Source: an uncultured Candidatus Saccharibacteria bacterium (GTDB lineage Bacteria > Patescibacteriota > Saccharimonadia > CAILAD01 > JADZBC01). From it: a stretch of DNA of 64,000 nucleotides. Position numbers and translations under genes: made by a program. A model generated the notes under the pieces. The model was not told the DNA's origin, did not search any database, and saw nothing but the letters and a program-made list of their open reading frames with translations. Each line of letters opens with the position of its first letter. The first letter of the stretch is position 1. The stretch spans positions 235,534 to 299,533 of the forward strand of contig CAZRJR010000001.1 in NCBI GenBank assembly GCA_964600985.1. The letters are read 5' to 3'. Below, one piece after another: positions 27,872 to 37,655 of this stretch.

Positions 27872-28498
27872 TCAGGCAGTGTAGGGCTTGGTGATGACCT
27901 GTGGGTGCCCCAGCTTGCTCCGCCAGCGTGCGCCACGGCCCTGGTAGATGAGTAGCAGGCTGAGCCCGTTTCGGGTCCAGGTACCGTAGATCGAGCTGAT
28001 GCTGTCGGTGACCTGCTCGGGCGTGTTCACCCTCTCGGGATGCAGGATGACGCCGACGATTTTCTCCACAGCTTCGATCCAGCTCCAAAGGGGCTGGGTG
28101 ATGAGGTACGCCCATCCATCGGGAACAAACCCTTCTTCGGCGAACATCCTACCCTCGATCGGGATCTTGGTCGTGTCAGACGCGATCTCGATCGCCTTAA
28201 TGGTCCAGGCGATTGTGGCCGTCTGGGGCAGGCGTCGCTGAATGGACGGAGCCAGCTTGTGACCGAGGCCCGGGAGCCACTTAGGCATCATGCCGACGCC
28301 AATGAAGTCCTGCCCAACCGTCCAGAACATGGCTTGGCCGATGAGGGAGAACCCTGCATCAGTTGCCGTTGCGGCCGGCTGCTCCCGCCAACGCCTCAGC
28401 CCGAGGCGAAGATTGCGTGTTGCTTGCTTGTGGACGAGTGGCCAAGCGGCCAGTACGGCAGCCGAAGCCACCAACTTACGGTTTCTACTTGGAGCCAT
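27872..28498 (-). CDS. Orphan hypothetical protein, GC-rich
   Basis: AAGGA RBS, own promoter, high GC3. Confidence 0.65.
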   Translation of the reverse strand: MAPSRNRKLVASAAVLAAWPLVHKQATRNLRLGLRRWREQPAATATDAGFSLIGQAMFWTVGQDFIGVGMMPKWLPGLGHKLAPSIQRRLPQTATIAWTIKAIEIASDTTKIPIEGRMFAEEGFVPDGWAYLITQPLWSWIEAVEKIVGVILHPERVNTPEQVTDSISSIYGTWTRNGLSLLLIYQGRGARWRSKLGHPQVITKPYTA

Positions 28499-28531
28499 GG
28501 CTCATCCTTATGTAGGCAATAGGACTAACAT

Positions 28532-28560
28532 ATATTACAATTATAATTGTAAAAAGTCAA
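28532..28560 (-). promoter_or_regulatory. Sigma70 promoter with an 18-bp perfect palindrome
   Basis: TTGACT-N17-TAATAT; TTACAATTATAATTGTAA at 28535-28552. Confidence 0.7.
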
Positions 28561-28608
28561 TTAAAAACACCCTGTTGACCAGGGTGTTGGTTCATAGTTA
28601 ATGATTCG

Positions 28609-29115
28609 TTACCGGGCTTGCGAAGTGTCGTCAGCGTCACCATCGTGCTTCATGCGATCCATGCCCATGCCGACAGGACCATGCATGCCCCGCTTAGGCT
28701 GAATGGCGCCTAGGTCGATGCCATTATCCTTGGCCCACTGGTCCATCTCTGAGCGAATTGCGTCCATAGCAGCCTTACGCTTCGCCGGGTCCGTCTCATT
28801 GCGAGCTGCTTCACGCTTTGGCGCTAACTCGGCTTGTTTGGCTTTGAGCATGTCAGCTTGCGCTTGGGTTAGCTTGCCGTCCCTTACAAGCCGGGCTAAG
28901 TGCTCGCCCGCATGCCTCTGGTGATCTTGCTCGATTACCTTTTGCACCTCGGCTTTGTTTAAGTTAAATTTGTTGGCAATACTATCGGCTAACGAGGATT
29001 GGTTGGTATTGGCATACGCCGCAGCTCCAGTAGCTACAACCCCCATGGCAGCTACGCCTACGAGTCCACTTGCTAAAATGGCGCGCTTGGTAGTCTTCTT
29101 GATGTTTTTTCTCAA
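28609..29115 (-). CDS. Secreted helical protein divergent from the two-component system
   Basis: Signal peptide (AYA), IANKFNL..GKLTQAQAD; AGGAGG RBS before TTG. Confidence 0.8.
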   Translation of the reverse strand: MRKNIKKTTKRAILASGLVGVAAMGVVATGAAAYANTNQSSLADSIANKFNLNKAEVQKVIEQDHQRHAGEHLARLVRDGKLTQAQADMLKAKQAELAPKREAARNETDPAKRKAAMDAIRSEMDQWAKDNGIDLGAIQPKRGMHGPVGMGMDRMKHDGDADDTSQAR

Positions 29116-29281
29116 GTTATCCTCCTGGTAGTTATTGGTAGGGAGGTGTGCTGGCGTCTAAATTTGGCTAGACTCGCGCAGGCATTGCTACACCGAAGAC
29201 CATTTTCGCGCCAGCGCCTTAAGCTAGCCTGAAGGTGTCTACTCAGCGAATATTCAGTTTCGTTGGAGTATACTATAAGCT

Positions 29282-29956
29282 ATGAAGCTACTGGTTACAG
29301 AAGACGAGCCAAAGCTGGCACAGGCAATCAAGCGCGGATTAGAACAAGAGGGTTATGCGGTAGATTTAGCCTTTGATGCCGAGGAGGGTTTGGCTTGCGC
29401 TGATGCTGGTGAATACGATGCCATTGTACTGGATCGTATGTTGCCTGATGATAAAGACGGACTTGATATTTGTCGGAGCATACGCGAGGGTAGTGGCCCA
29501 AATAAGCTTACTCCCATACTCATGCTGACTGCGCGTGGCGAGGTGCGTGATCGGGTAGAGGGGCTCAACGGGGGGGCCGATGACTATCTCATGAAGCCAT
29601 TTGCGTTCGACGAGCTCTTGGCTCGTCTGCATGCTTTAATTCGCCGTCCAACCAAGAACTTGACAGCTACATTGCAGTTGGGCCGGGTTGCACTGCATCC
29701 ATCTAAAAAGACAGTCGAATTAGATGGCAAGCCAATTGCTTTAAGTCGCAAGGAGTACGCACTCCTTGAGTACCTGGCTTATAACAGTAGTCAAACGCTC
29801 AGTAAAGAACAGATTATTCAGCACGTGTGGGACTTCGATGCCGATGTACTCGATAACACTGTCGAGGTATTTGTGCGTAACATTCGCAAGAAATTGGGTG
29901 ATAGCATAATTCGTACGGTGCGCGGCTTTGGCTATCAGGTAGGCGAGGTGGGGTAG
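29282..29956 (+). CDS. OmpR-family response regulator
   Basis: Receiver (ED, LD, GADDYLMKPF) plus winged helix (IRTVRGFGY). Confidence 0.96.
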   Translation: MKLLVTEDEPKLAQAIKRGLEQEGYAVDLAFDAEEGLACADAGEYDAIVLDRMLPDDKDGLDICRSIREGSGPNKLTPILMLTARGEVRDRVEGLNGGADDYLMKPFAFDELLARLHALIRRPTKNLTATLQLGRVALHPSKKTVELDGKPIALSRKEYALLEYLAYNSSQTLSKEQIIQHVWDFDADVLDNTVEVFVRNIRKKLGDSIIRTVRGFGYQVGEVG

Positions 29957-29959
29957 AGC

Positions 29960-30979
29960 GTGAACAAAATGTTTGAATCGGCCGTACTGAAGCTCACCGT
30001 TTGGTATGTGGCGGTACTTATGCTTGTGTCGTTAGCCTTTAGCTTGCCGATATTTATAATCTCGTCTGATCGGTTGGCTAATAGCGCGTTGCGCCAAGCC
30101 GAGATTCTCCGCCGCAACTCAATGTATATGCGAGATTCACTTGTAGAAACGCTTAATGCACGTCGAGAAGAACAACTTGAACTTGATCGTCAACAGTTGC
30201 TTAATAATATCCTCCTAGAAAACCTGGCTATACTATTGCTGGGCTCGGTGGCAAGTTATTTGTTTGCCCGCTGGACGCTTAAGCCTATCGAAGAGGCGCA
30301 TGCGGCCCAGACTACATTTACGGCAAATGCCAGCCATCAGCTGCGTACACCGCTGGCTACTATGCAGGCTGAGATTGACGTTGCGCTCAGGGACAAAACA
30401 CTGAATGCCAAGGATGCTCGCGAAGTGCTCAAGAGCAACCTGGAGGAAATAGGTCGACTGCGGGCGCTCAGTGATCAACTTCTTGGCCTTACTCGCAGTG
30501 AGGAAGGTGAACTTTCGGGTGTCTTTGATGCATCGAAGCTGGTAGTGGTCTTTGTCTCCAAATATGCCAAGCAATACCAGTTGACACTTAAGCAAACAGA
30601 TTTACCTAAGGCAGTAGTTAATGGAGATGAGGTACTAATCAGTGAGGTACTAAAAGTCTTGTGTGAGAACGCAGCAATTTATAGCCAGGGCAAAGTAGTA
30701 GTACTTAATTACGCGCTCAGTCGAGGCGCAGTTCGTATTAGTGTTACTGATAAGGGTCCTGGCCTCGGCCCAGAGGAGCAGCGCCATGTCTTCGATCGTT
30801 TTTATCGGGCTAGAGCAGCAACTAAATTAAACCCAGCGGGCCATGGGCTTGGTTTAGCCTTAGCACGAGAAATTGTAGACCGTCATGGTGGTAATTTGAG
30901 TATGAAGAGTAAGGTTGGGTACGGATCTACATTTACTGTCGTGCTACCATGTGCCAGCAAAAGAGAGGTTATTCATTAG
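29960..30979 (+). CDS. Sensor histidine kinase
   Basis: Two TM segments, ASHQLRTPL, DKGPG, GHGLGL. Confidence 0.95.
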   Translation: MNKMFESAVLKLTVWYVAVLMLVSLAFSLPIFIISSDRLANSALRQAEILRRNSMYMRDSLVETLNARREEQLELDRQQLLNNILLENLAILLLGSVASYLFARWTLKPIEEAHAAQTTFTANASHQLRTPLATMQAEIDVALRDKTLNAKDAREVLKSNLEEIGRLRALSDQLLGLTRSEEGELSGVFDASKLVVVFVSKYAKQYQLTLKQTDLPKAVVNGDEVLISEVLKVLCENAAIYSQGKVVVLNYALSRGAVRISVTDKGPGLGPEEQRHVFDRFYRARAATKLNPAGHGLGLALAREIVDRHGGNLSMKSKVGYGSTFTVVLPCASKREVIH

Positions 30980-30988
30980 GCTTTCTGG

Positions 30989-31777
30989 TTAACAACGTAC
31001 GTTATAGTCAAGATTGTACTTAACATACTGCACGTAAAGAGCCTTTTTGCCGCCGAAGCTTTTACCACATTTAGCTTTTGCATCTCTCGAGTTTGTGGCG
31101 CCTGTGGCATACCACGCTGAACCGTTAAATGGCATATTTCCTGTAATTTGTCGCCACATTTGGTCAGTTGAGTAGTAACCAGCAAACCGCAAACCGCGCT
31201 GCATGCCATCGTGTAGGCCTTTTAGAAAGTTACGATTATTGACCTGAGTTGACCACGGTATGCCATGACCGCTCTCAACATCTATCCAAAAAGCACGAGG
31301 GTTAATTCGGGCTATGTTATTAATAACTCCTAGGTTAAAACTAGCCGCTTTGCGACCGCAATCATATGGCGACATACTCCTTGGGCACTGACTTGAGGGA
31401 TAATTTGCTCCCACATATACATCGTACGTTCGAAAGTGTCGTGTCTCAGCATTCAAGCACGGGTTAATCCCGAAGTTCATGTACGTGCCATTAAGGCCGA
31501 CGATGCCATAATTGTAGTTGCCGATTGAATTAAGCCTACCACACTGTGGAGACGATATATCAATAAAAGGTACCCCCTTGGTGTCATACTGCTTGGCGGT
31601 TTTGCCGCCCGCAAAACTGTATTGAACTACGAAGTAGCCGACGGCAGCTATCACGCAAACGGCGGTCAGAATCTGCCATGACTTGAATGAGCTAGTGCTC
31701 TTAAGTGATTGTTTAACAGAAAAACGACGCTTGAGTTTCTTGCGAGATGGTCTGTTTAGAGTCTTCTTTGCTGTCAT
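30989..31777 (-). CDS. Secreted GH25-like (lysozyme-like) TIM-barrel glycoside hydrolase
   Basis: N-terminal TM, IDISSPQC, WIDVE, GYYST..W, QY motifs. Confidence 0.7.
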   Translation of the reverse strand: MTAKKTLNRPSRKKLKRRFSVKQSLKSTSSFKSWQILTAVCVIAAVGYFVVQYSFAGGKTAKQYDTKGVPFIDISSPQCGRLNSIGNYNYGIVGLNGTYMNFGINPCLNAETRHFRTYDVYVGANYPSSQCPRSMSPYDCGRKAASFNLGVINNIARINPRAFWIDVESGHGIPWSTQVNNRNFLKGLHDGMQRGLRFAGYYSTDQMWRQITGNMPFNGSAWYATGATNSRDAKAKCGKSFGGKKALYVQYVKYNLDYNVRC

Positions 31778-31933
31778 ATTGTTGACCTTGCTTTAAAGCA
31801 TAAGTTTTATGTTACTTATAGTCAACTTTTGTAACCAAGATGCGGTCACGTAAGGCCTACGTATGACATAGTTATTGCACCAACTAAAAACTAAGTGCTG
31901 ATTAGCACTCAGTTTCGTCTCGAGCCTTGGTGG

Positions 31934-32185
31934 TTATAGGCCGAGAATCTGTTGCTTCTTAGCGCTGAACTCTTCGTCTGTAATAATCCCTTGATTTTTG
32001 AGACCCTGAAGCTCTTCGAGCTGGCTGGCCATATCGCTCTGAGCTGGTCCAGCCACTTGGGGCGCTTGCTGTTCTGCCTCGGCCTGCCAACGGGCGGCTT
32101 GGCGACGACTAACGTTGTTTGATACGGCGGTGGCGGTCCCAGCTATTACGGCCGTGCGGGCCATTCCTCGTAGTAATCCTGGCAT
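31934..32185 (-). CDS. SHOCT-domain protein
   Basis: MPGLLRGMARTAVIAGTATAVS...GIITDEEFSAKKQQIL. Confidence 0.9.
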   Translation of the reverse strand: MPGLLRGMARTAVIAGTATAVSNNVSRRQAARWQAEAEQQAPQVAGPAQSDMASQLEELQGLKNQGIITDEEFSAKKQQILGL

Positions 32186-32205
32186 ATTTCTTCTCCCTCC
32201 GTTTG

Positions 32206-32613
32206 TTATTTACTTAATTCTTCAGCTGCCTCAGGGTGTATGCGGCCCTCCGCTAGGAGCACGCCGTTGGCATCGAGTATAGCCTTCTTAAGCGGTTTAG
32301 CCCACAGCTGCTCGACTACCAACATACCGGCGGAGCAGTTGTTTTCGATTAAATCAGCTACTTCGTCAATATCGTCTTGGTCGGCTTTCTTTATGCCTTT
32401 ACCATATTTATTAACAAGCTCCACGAGGTAGTCATCACCGGTGTCGGCAATGTCCACGAGGGCAACGTTACCCTCGGCATTTTTAGTGAGGAGGCTTAAG
32501 CCAATGAGGCCAATCACACCCTGCTCTAGTGCGTCACCAATCGCCTTTAGAATACTACCGTCAAATTTATTACCTTCGAAGCCAACTATAATGTAGTCAA
32601 TTGGTCCACGCAT
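32206..32613 (-). CDS. DUF6325/DUF1269-like protein
   Basis: GPIDYIIVGF.G, E.LWA.P...GRI; usually paired with a SHOCT protein. Confidence 0.8.
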   Translation of the reverse strand: MRGPIDYIIVGFEGNKFDGSILKAIGDALEQGVIGLIGLSLLTKNAEGNVALVDIADTGDDYLVELVNKYGKGIKKADQDDIDEVADLIENNCSAGMLVVEQLWAKPLKKAILDANGVLLAEGRIHPEAAEELSK

Positions 32614-32699
32614 GGTCTTCTCCTTGTGTTTAGTGATGCTTTTATTATATACCGAGCGTGCTCGACGGGCTAGGCCACGCCTGGTGGTATAATGTCAAT

Positions 32700-34097
32700 A
32701 TGAAGCGTAAGCAAAGAATAGCAAGTAGAGTAAAACTTAGTAGCCTTAAGTCGCATAAGCTCATCATTGCTCTGGGTGTATTTGCAATAACGCTCGGTGG
32801 CGCTTATGTGCTACGCGTTAGTCTAGCCGACGGGCCAACAACTATTAAAAGTGTAGAGAAGCTCGGACCAGTAAAGAACTATTCGCAGCCGCAAACGCTG
32901 TATCGCGACGGTGGATCATCGGTGCGGCTTGGTAATAAGGTGCTATGGCTGTTTGGGGATACGCTTTTTACCCAAAAGAGTGTGGACGGTACGAACGCGC
33001 GCAGCAACACGGCTGCTTGGGCAGATATCAGTCAGCCATATAGATTAAGTGAGCCCCTTGACGCTAACGGCGCCCCGAGCCAGTTCATTCCCTATAGCAA
33101 CGCGGAAGCTGCCTATAATGCTGCGAGTGGTGATCCGAATGACCGCTATGTTATTTGGCCGACCGAGGCGGTAAACACCGATGCCAATTCAGCCTACATA
33201 TACTATATGCGCCTTAAGTCTTCACCTAATCCTACCACACTGGTCAAAAAGGGCATTGGCCTCGCTATGGTGCGTACGGGGGATAGTAGCGCTCGCATTA
33301 TCAACGAATCAGTCTTTAGCGAGAACGAGGCTCAATACAGGCCGACAGCAGTACGAGGGGACACGGTGTACTTACGAGATTGTGTTCAGTCTGGTTTCGA
33401 GGCAAATTGCGCTATGGCGCGAGTGTCAAAGGCCAATATGGCCAATCGTAGTGCCTACGAATTCTGGGATGGCAATAAGTGGCAGCCCGATATTGCTCTG
33501 GCGCGCCACGATGTGCCTGGCTCACTCAGTACCATGGCAACTATGTGGAGCGAGTACGCCCATAAATTCGTTATGATTTCCGCCCCGGCGTTTAGTCGTG
33601 ACCTGACTATTCGTGAGTCTGAAGAGATCCAAGGGCCATGGTCAACACCGAAGTCTGCCTACACAGATACTACGTCGAAGTACCCTAGCATACTATATTT
33701 TCACCCAGAACTCTCCTCGCAAGGGGGGCAATCGTTTGTGCTGACCGCTACTCAGAACTACGATTCCTACCTAAGTGGTAATGACGGCATCATTGCCTTT
33801 CGCTATACCTTCGACGATAAATCTATAACTGCGGTAGCGCCATCGCTTGTGCAAGTACAATCTACGACTTCTGGCCAAAGTAGCAAACAAACTACAGCTC
33901 ATCCAACTAGCTTAGATGCGAGTGGAAATACAAAACCGCCAAAGACTCTCGCAAAAGCTAGTACTGGTAGTCAGAGGCTAGCTCTAAATCCTAACACAAT
34001 TACGAACTCGGTCCAGGCTAGCTGGTGGTTCTTTGTGTTATGTGCGGTTATTATTGCTACTGTTGGTACATTAGTTGTTTTGCGCAAACGGAGCTAA
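32700..34097 (+). CDS. Membrane-anchored DUF4185/DUF5005-like beta-propeller glycosidase
   Basis: RDGGSSV..LWLFGDT, YEFWDG..W, GPWS, FHPE; S/T-rich linker and C-terminal TM. Confidence 0.65.
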   Translation: MKRKQRIASRVKLSSLKSHKLIIALGVFAITLGGAYVLRVSLADGPTTIKSVEKLGPVKNYSQPQTLYRDGGSSVRLGNKVLWLFGDTLFTQKSVDGTNARSNTAAWADISQPYRLSEPLDANGAPSQFIPYSNAEAAYNAASGDPNDRYVIWPTEAVNTDANSAYIYYMRLKSSPNPTTLVKKGIGLAMVRTGDSSARIINESVFSENEAQYRPTAVRGDTVYLRDCVQSGFEANCAMARVSKANMANRSAYEFWDGNKWQPDIALARHDVPGSLSTMATMWSEYAHKFVMISAPAFSRDLTIRESEEIQGPWSTPKSAYTDTTSKYPSILYFHPELSSQGGQSFVLTATQNYDSYLSGNDGIIAFRYTFDDKSITAVAPSLVQVQSTTSGQSSKQTTAHPTSLDASGNTKPPKTLAKASTGSQRLALNPNTITNSVQASWWFFVLCAVIIATVGTLVVLRKRS

Positions 34098-34147
34098 ACT
34101 TAATTTGGTTTAGGTTTACTGGGTAATAGGACTCAAATAGTAGAGTA

Positions 34148-36163
34148 TTACACTTTTGGGGGGTCTGTCGGAGGCACTAGCTCATCGTCTGTTGCAGTAT
34201 TGGTTGGGTAATTGGAGGTATTTTGTGTCACACTCCTACGACGCATTAGCCACCATATTGCGCCACTAATTATCGCAATAAGTCCCAGCATAATTGCACC
34301 AACCAGTATAGGATACTTGCGCACAATACTCTTGACTGTTTCACTATAGCGCACGAGCAGGCTCTTATTCTGTGATGTGGGTGAGGCAAGCTTTGAAATG
34401 TCACTCAGGTCGTTTGTTTTGTCCTCAGACTTGCCTGAGTTACTACTTATGCTAATGGGGGCTGCTGTTTGGTTTGAGCTGGCAGCTGTACTTGCCGTGG
34501 CATAGCTTACTTGTCCCGGTCGTTGAGTGTTAGGGTTGCTATTAGGTGCTACTCCTTCTTGGGGTAGTACCACGAATGCAGCGAACTCGGGTGCAGTGTG
34601 GGTGTTTGGTATTTCTGGCACGCTGCCAATGAGGGGAGCGACTTCGGTTAGGTTCATGGGTAGAGTAATCACCCCGCCCTTATACACACCACTTGCGATT
34701 GGCTTGCCATAGTAGTTTTGGGCATCAAGCACTACGTAGCTTTGTCCAGGTTTTAGGATTGAAGATAGATCTGCTGACACACTTGGTCGGTTTTCCCAGT
34801 TGTAAACTGCAATGTTTGCTCGGCCAGGTTCATACTTGTTGGCGCGCACAAATACTCGATTGGTGGCTTGCGACATATCGCTGGTGATTACGGAATTACG
34901 ATCATAGCGCGATCCAGCTACCGAGGCACCTGGACACGAGTTTACAGGTCCACCACTCCGACCCTGAGTGTAGTCTTTGATAGTTTGAGTTGAAGAAGTA
35001 AAGTCGCATGCCCATACAGCATCTAGTCGCTGCTGTAGTTCTGTGTCCTGAAATGGTCGAGCAGCCCCCACAATATAAGTGTTACGATCAATATTAAACT
35101 GCGACATAGGGGTGGCGTTATCAATTCGCAGCGCACTGCCTTTCTTGGCCACTACAGTGTTGTTGGTAACTGTTACTTTATCCCAGTTTTTTATGTTATA
35201 GCCCACGCCATTAGTGAGGCCGATGTAGTTATTTTGGGCAATTATCTCGCCATGCTTAGGATTAAATAGCCCCGCAGTAAAGCCGGTCCCATTTTTGTCA
35301 GGACCAAGGTAGATGTAGTTATTACTCAACACAAGTTTATCTATCGGGTTATCTTGTGACTCTACAAACAAGCCAAGGTTGTCTGTAGCTTGCAGGGCAA
35401 TGTTGCCATCAAAAGTAAAGCCATTAGCCCAACTATTGGTGGCATAGGCTTTCATGGCGGTAGTTAGGTTTCGGAAGGTGATGTTGTCGCTAATTAGGCG
35501 CTGGCCTGTTTGGTTTTGTGCGTAAATTGGTGAGCCGCGCATCTCGCCTTTATACTGCGGGCTGGTGTCATATATACCCGCTCCCCAAATCAGTGTGCCG
35601 TATATTTCGCCGCCATCACCAACTGGCCGCCAGAACCCAATTGCCGGGTGTCCAGTGTCGTGCAAAACCATATTAATCACTTTGGTGCCCTCCCCGTACA
35701 GCTCAAGCCCACCCAGCCGATCCTTGCTGGCCACATGGCGTTCGGTCATAGAGTTGGTAATCTCAAAACCCCAGTACCAGTTGAATTTACCATTTACCGT
35801 TATATGGCCATTTACCGTTGCACGCTCTTTGGGAAATCCACGAACGACAATCGGCTTGTCTTTAGTTCCATTCAGGGAGCTGGTAAATGTGGTTGTGCCA
35901 CCGCTTCCATATACGCCGTCGCGAAGGTAGATTGTGTCGCCAGGCTTAACCACGGAAGACTTACTGAGAGCTGAGGTTAAGTCCCAAGGTTTATCGATAC
36001 TACCAGGGTTGGCAGAGTTACCGGCAGGGGAAACATAATACGTTTGTGGTGGTGTCTCGGCATGGCCGCCACGAAGGGTAATTAGGGCTACAACCATCAT
36101 GCATAGTCCTGCGAATACTGCAATCGCAAAAGGCAGTCTATTGGGTTGCTGAACAAGTTTCAT
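34148..36163 (-). CDS. Membrane-anchored right-handed beta-helix (pectate lyase-like) protein
   Basis: YYVSPAG...GSIDKPW...PGDTIYLRDGVY; Asn-ladder repeats; S/T linker and C-terminal TM. Confidence 0.75.
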   Translation of the reverse strand: MKLVQQPNRLPFAIAVFAGLCMMVVALITLRGGHAETPPQTYYVSPAGNSANPGSIDKPWDLTSALSKSSVVKPGDTIYLRDGVYGSGGTTTFTSSLNGTKDKPIVVRGFPKERATVNGHITVNGKFNWYWGFEITNSMTERHVASKDRLGGLELYGEGTKVINMVLHDTGHPAIGFWRPVGDGGEIYGTLIWGAGIYDTSPQYKGEMRGSPIYAQNQTGQRLISDNITFRNLTTAMKAYATNSWANGFTFDGNIALQATDNLGLFVESQDNPIDKLVLSNNYIYLGPDKNGTGFTAGLFNPKHGEIIAQNNYIGLTNGVGYNIKNWDKVTVTNNTVVAKKGSALRIDNATPMSQFNIDRNTYIVGAARPFQDTELQQRLDAVWACDFTSSTQTIKDYTQGRSGGPVNSCPGASVAGSRYDRNSVITSDMSQATNRVFVRANKYEPGRANIAVYNWENRPSVSADLSSILKPGQSYVVLDAQNYYGKPIASGVYKGGVITLPMNLTEVAPLIGSVPEIPNTHTAPEFAAFVVLPQEGVAPNSNPNTQRPGQVSYATASTAASSNQTAAPISISSNSGKSEDKTNDLSDISKLASPTSQNKSLLVRYSETVKSIVRKYPILVGAIMLGLIAIISGAIWWLMRRRSVTQNTSNYPTNTATDDELVPPTDPPKV

Positions 36164-36179
36164 GATTCACCTAGGTTTG

Positions 36180-36728
36180 TTACTTATTATGCTTGCTGGT
36201 CTCCATAAGTTCAAGCAAGGTGCGGGTAGTGTTAATGTTGCGCACCGTCATATTGCTGTACAGATCCGATTTAATGAGTTTTATGCCACCACCACGAGCT
36301 ACATTTTGTCTACCAATGTTCCACACCAAGGCTCCTGGTATGTACAAAACTTGTTCGATAGTGGGGTTTACAGATACTTTTTGTAGTATGACTTTATTGT
36401 CTATGTTGCTCCATAAAAACATAACATCGGTTTTTTGCTCGGTGTCGTTTTTCCACTCTGTTGGTATAGAAGCACATATTGAACTCAGAGCTTGGTACGT
36501 ACGCAGCACTACGGGTACGGCAAATCCAAACTCAGTTTTTATGGCTTGTTCTATAATTTGGGTGAGGGCTTTTTCGCTCCGCGTATCTTCGAATATTACA
36601 TTACCGGAGTTAATGTAAGTTATTACATGCGTGCAGCCTAAGGACTCAAATAGTACTTTGAGCCTGGCCATCTCGACTCTAGCCTTGCCGCCCACATTAA
36701 TTCCTCGTAGTAGCGCTAGGTATTGCAT
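36180..36728 (-). CDS. DUF1697 family protein
   Basis: YLALLRGINVGG, TYINSGNVIF, TVRN..T. Confidence 0.92.
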   Translation of the reverse strand: MQYLALLRGINVGGKARVEMARLKVLFESLGCTHVITYINSGNVIFEDTRSEKALTQIIEQAIKTEFGFAVPVVLRTYQALSSICASIPTEWKNDTEQKTDVMFLWSNIDNKVILQKVSVNPTIEQVLYIPGALVWNIGRQNVARGGGIKLIKSDLYSNMTVRNINTTRTLLELMETSKHNK

Positions 36729-36803
36729 GTAAATATTATATCGAGCTTATGGCTACCGAGCCAATATAGTTGGTTTAGGCCGCTCCTGGGGTATACTATA
36801 AGC

Positions 36804-37655
36804 ATGACAGGTTTGAGTAAAACAGAGCGAACAGCGTTGGGGGCTGGAATGATATTAAGTCTTCTTGTGGCCGTAGTGGGGGTTTTTGCATTTGCGCCCC
36901 GCGTGCAGGCAGCAAGTTGTACTACACCTTCTCCTAGCTACGGCAGTGTTACATTGTCAACTGTTAGTATTCCGAGCGATGGTACCTACAGTGTGTGGGT
37001 ACGCATGAAGCCAGCCACTACTCAGGATAATTCTGTGTTACTACAGGTTGACACATCTGATTGTTTTAATGTAGGCGGTGGTGTGGGCGTGCCGGCAGGT
37101 AATTGGACTTGGGTGCGCCATAAGGACGGTAATGCGAACACCGTTATTCAAAAGGAACTTAAAGCTGGCAATCATGACTTTAAACTGTTTGGGAGTAAGC
37201 CAGGGCTGGCTGTAGACACGATACTGTTAAGCACCGATGGCAATTGTATTCCAACTGGTTTTGGCGAGAATTGCAGCACAAACATTGTGCTGCCAGTGGG
37301 TTCTAGCTCGTCAAACGGGGTAGGTAGCTCGACCCCGCAGGCTAGTGGCACTACGAATAACAATCTCGCCGACAACACTCAAACTAAGCAGGACATCGTA
37401 ACGCAGGCTACTCGTTACGCAGCTCAAAACTTCCTATGGATTGTACTAGTGTTAGTTGGTGCCGTAGCATTGATTGGCTTCGGCATTCGCTTTTTATGGC
37501 GATATATGGCTGCAAGAAAGGGAGAAGTGCCGGAAAGGGCGACTAATACCAATAACACGCCACAGTCTCCTCAGCCCGGCGAACTTATCCATCCAATCCC
37601 TTCGAACCCTAGTGAAAGTGCATCCCAATCCATAAATGATGAGGTAGGGCTTTGA
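36804..37655 (+). CDS. Surface protein with CBM-like beta-sandwich, S/T linker and C-terminal TM
   Basis: GTYSVWVRM, WTWV, LKAGNH.FKL. Confidence 0.65.
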   Translation: MTGLSKTERTALGAGMILSLLVAVVGVFAFAPRVQAASCTTPSPSYGSVTLSTVSIPSDGTYSVWVRMKPATTQDNSVLLQVDTSDCFNVGGGVGVPAGNWTWVRHKDGNANTVIQKELKAGNHDFKLFGSKPGLAVDTILLSTDGNCIPTGFGENCSTNIVLPVGSSSSNGVGSSTPQASGTTNNNLADNTQTKQDIVTQATRYAAQNFLWIVLVLVGAVALIGFGIRFLWRYMAARKGEVPERATNTNNTPQSPQPGELIHPIPSNPSESASQSINDEVGL

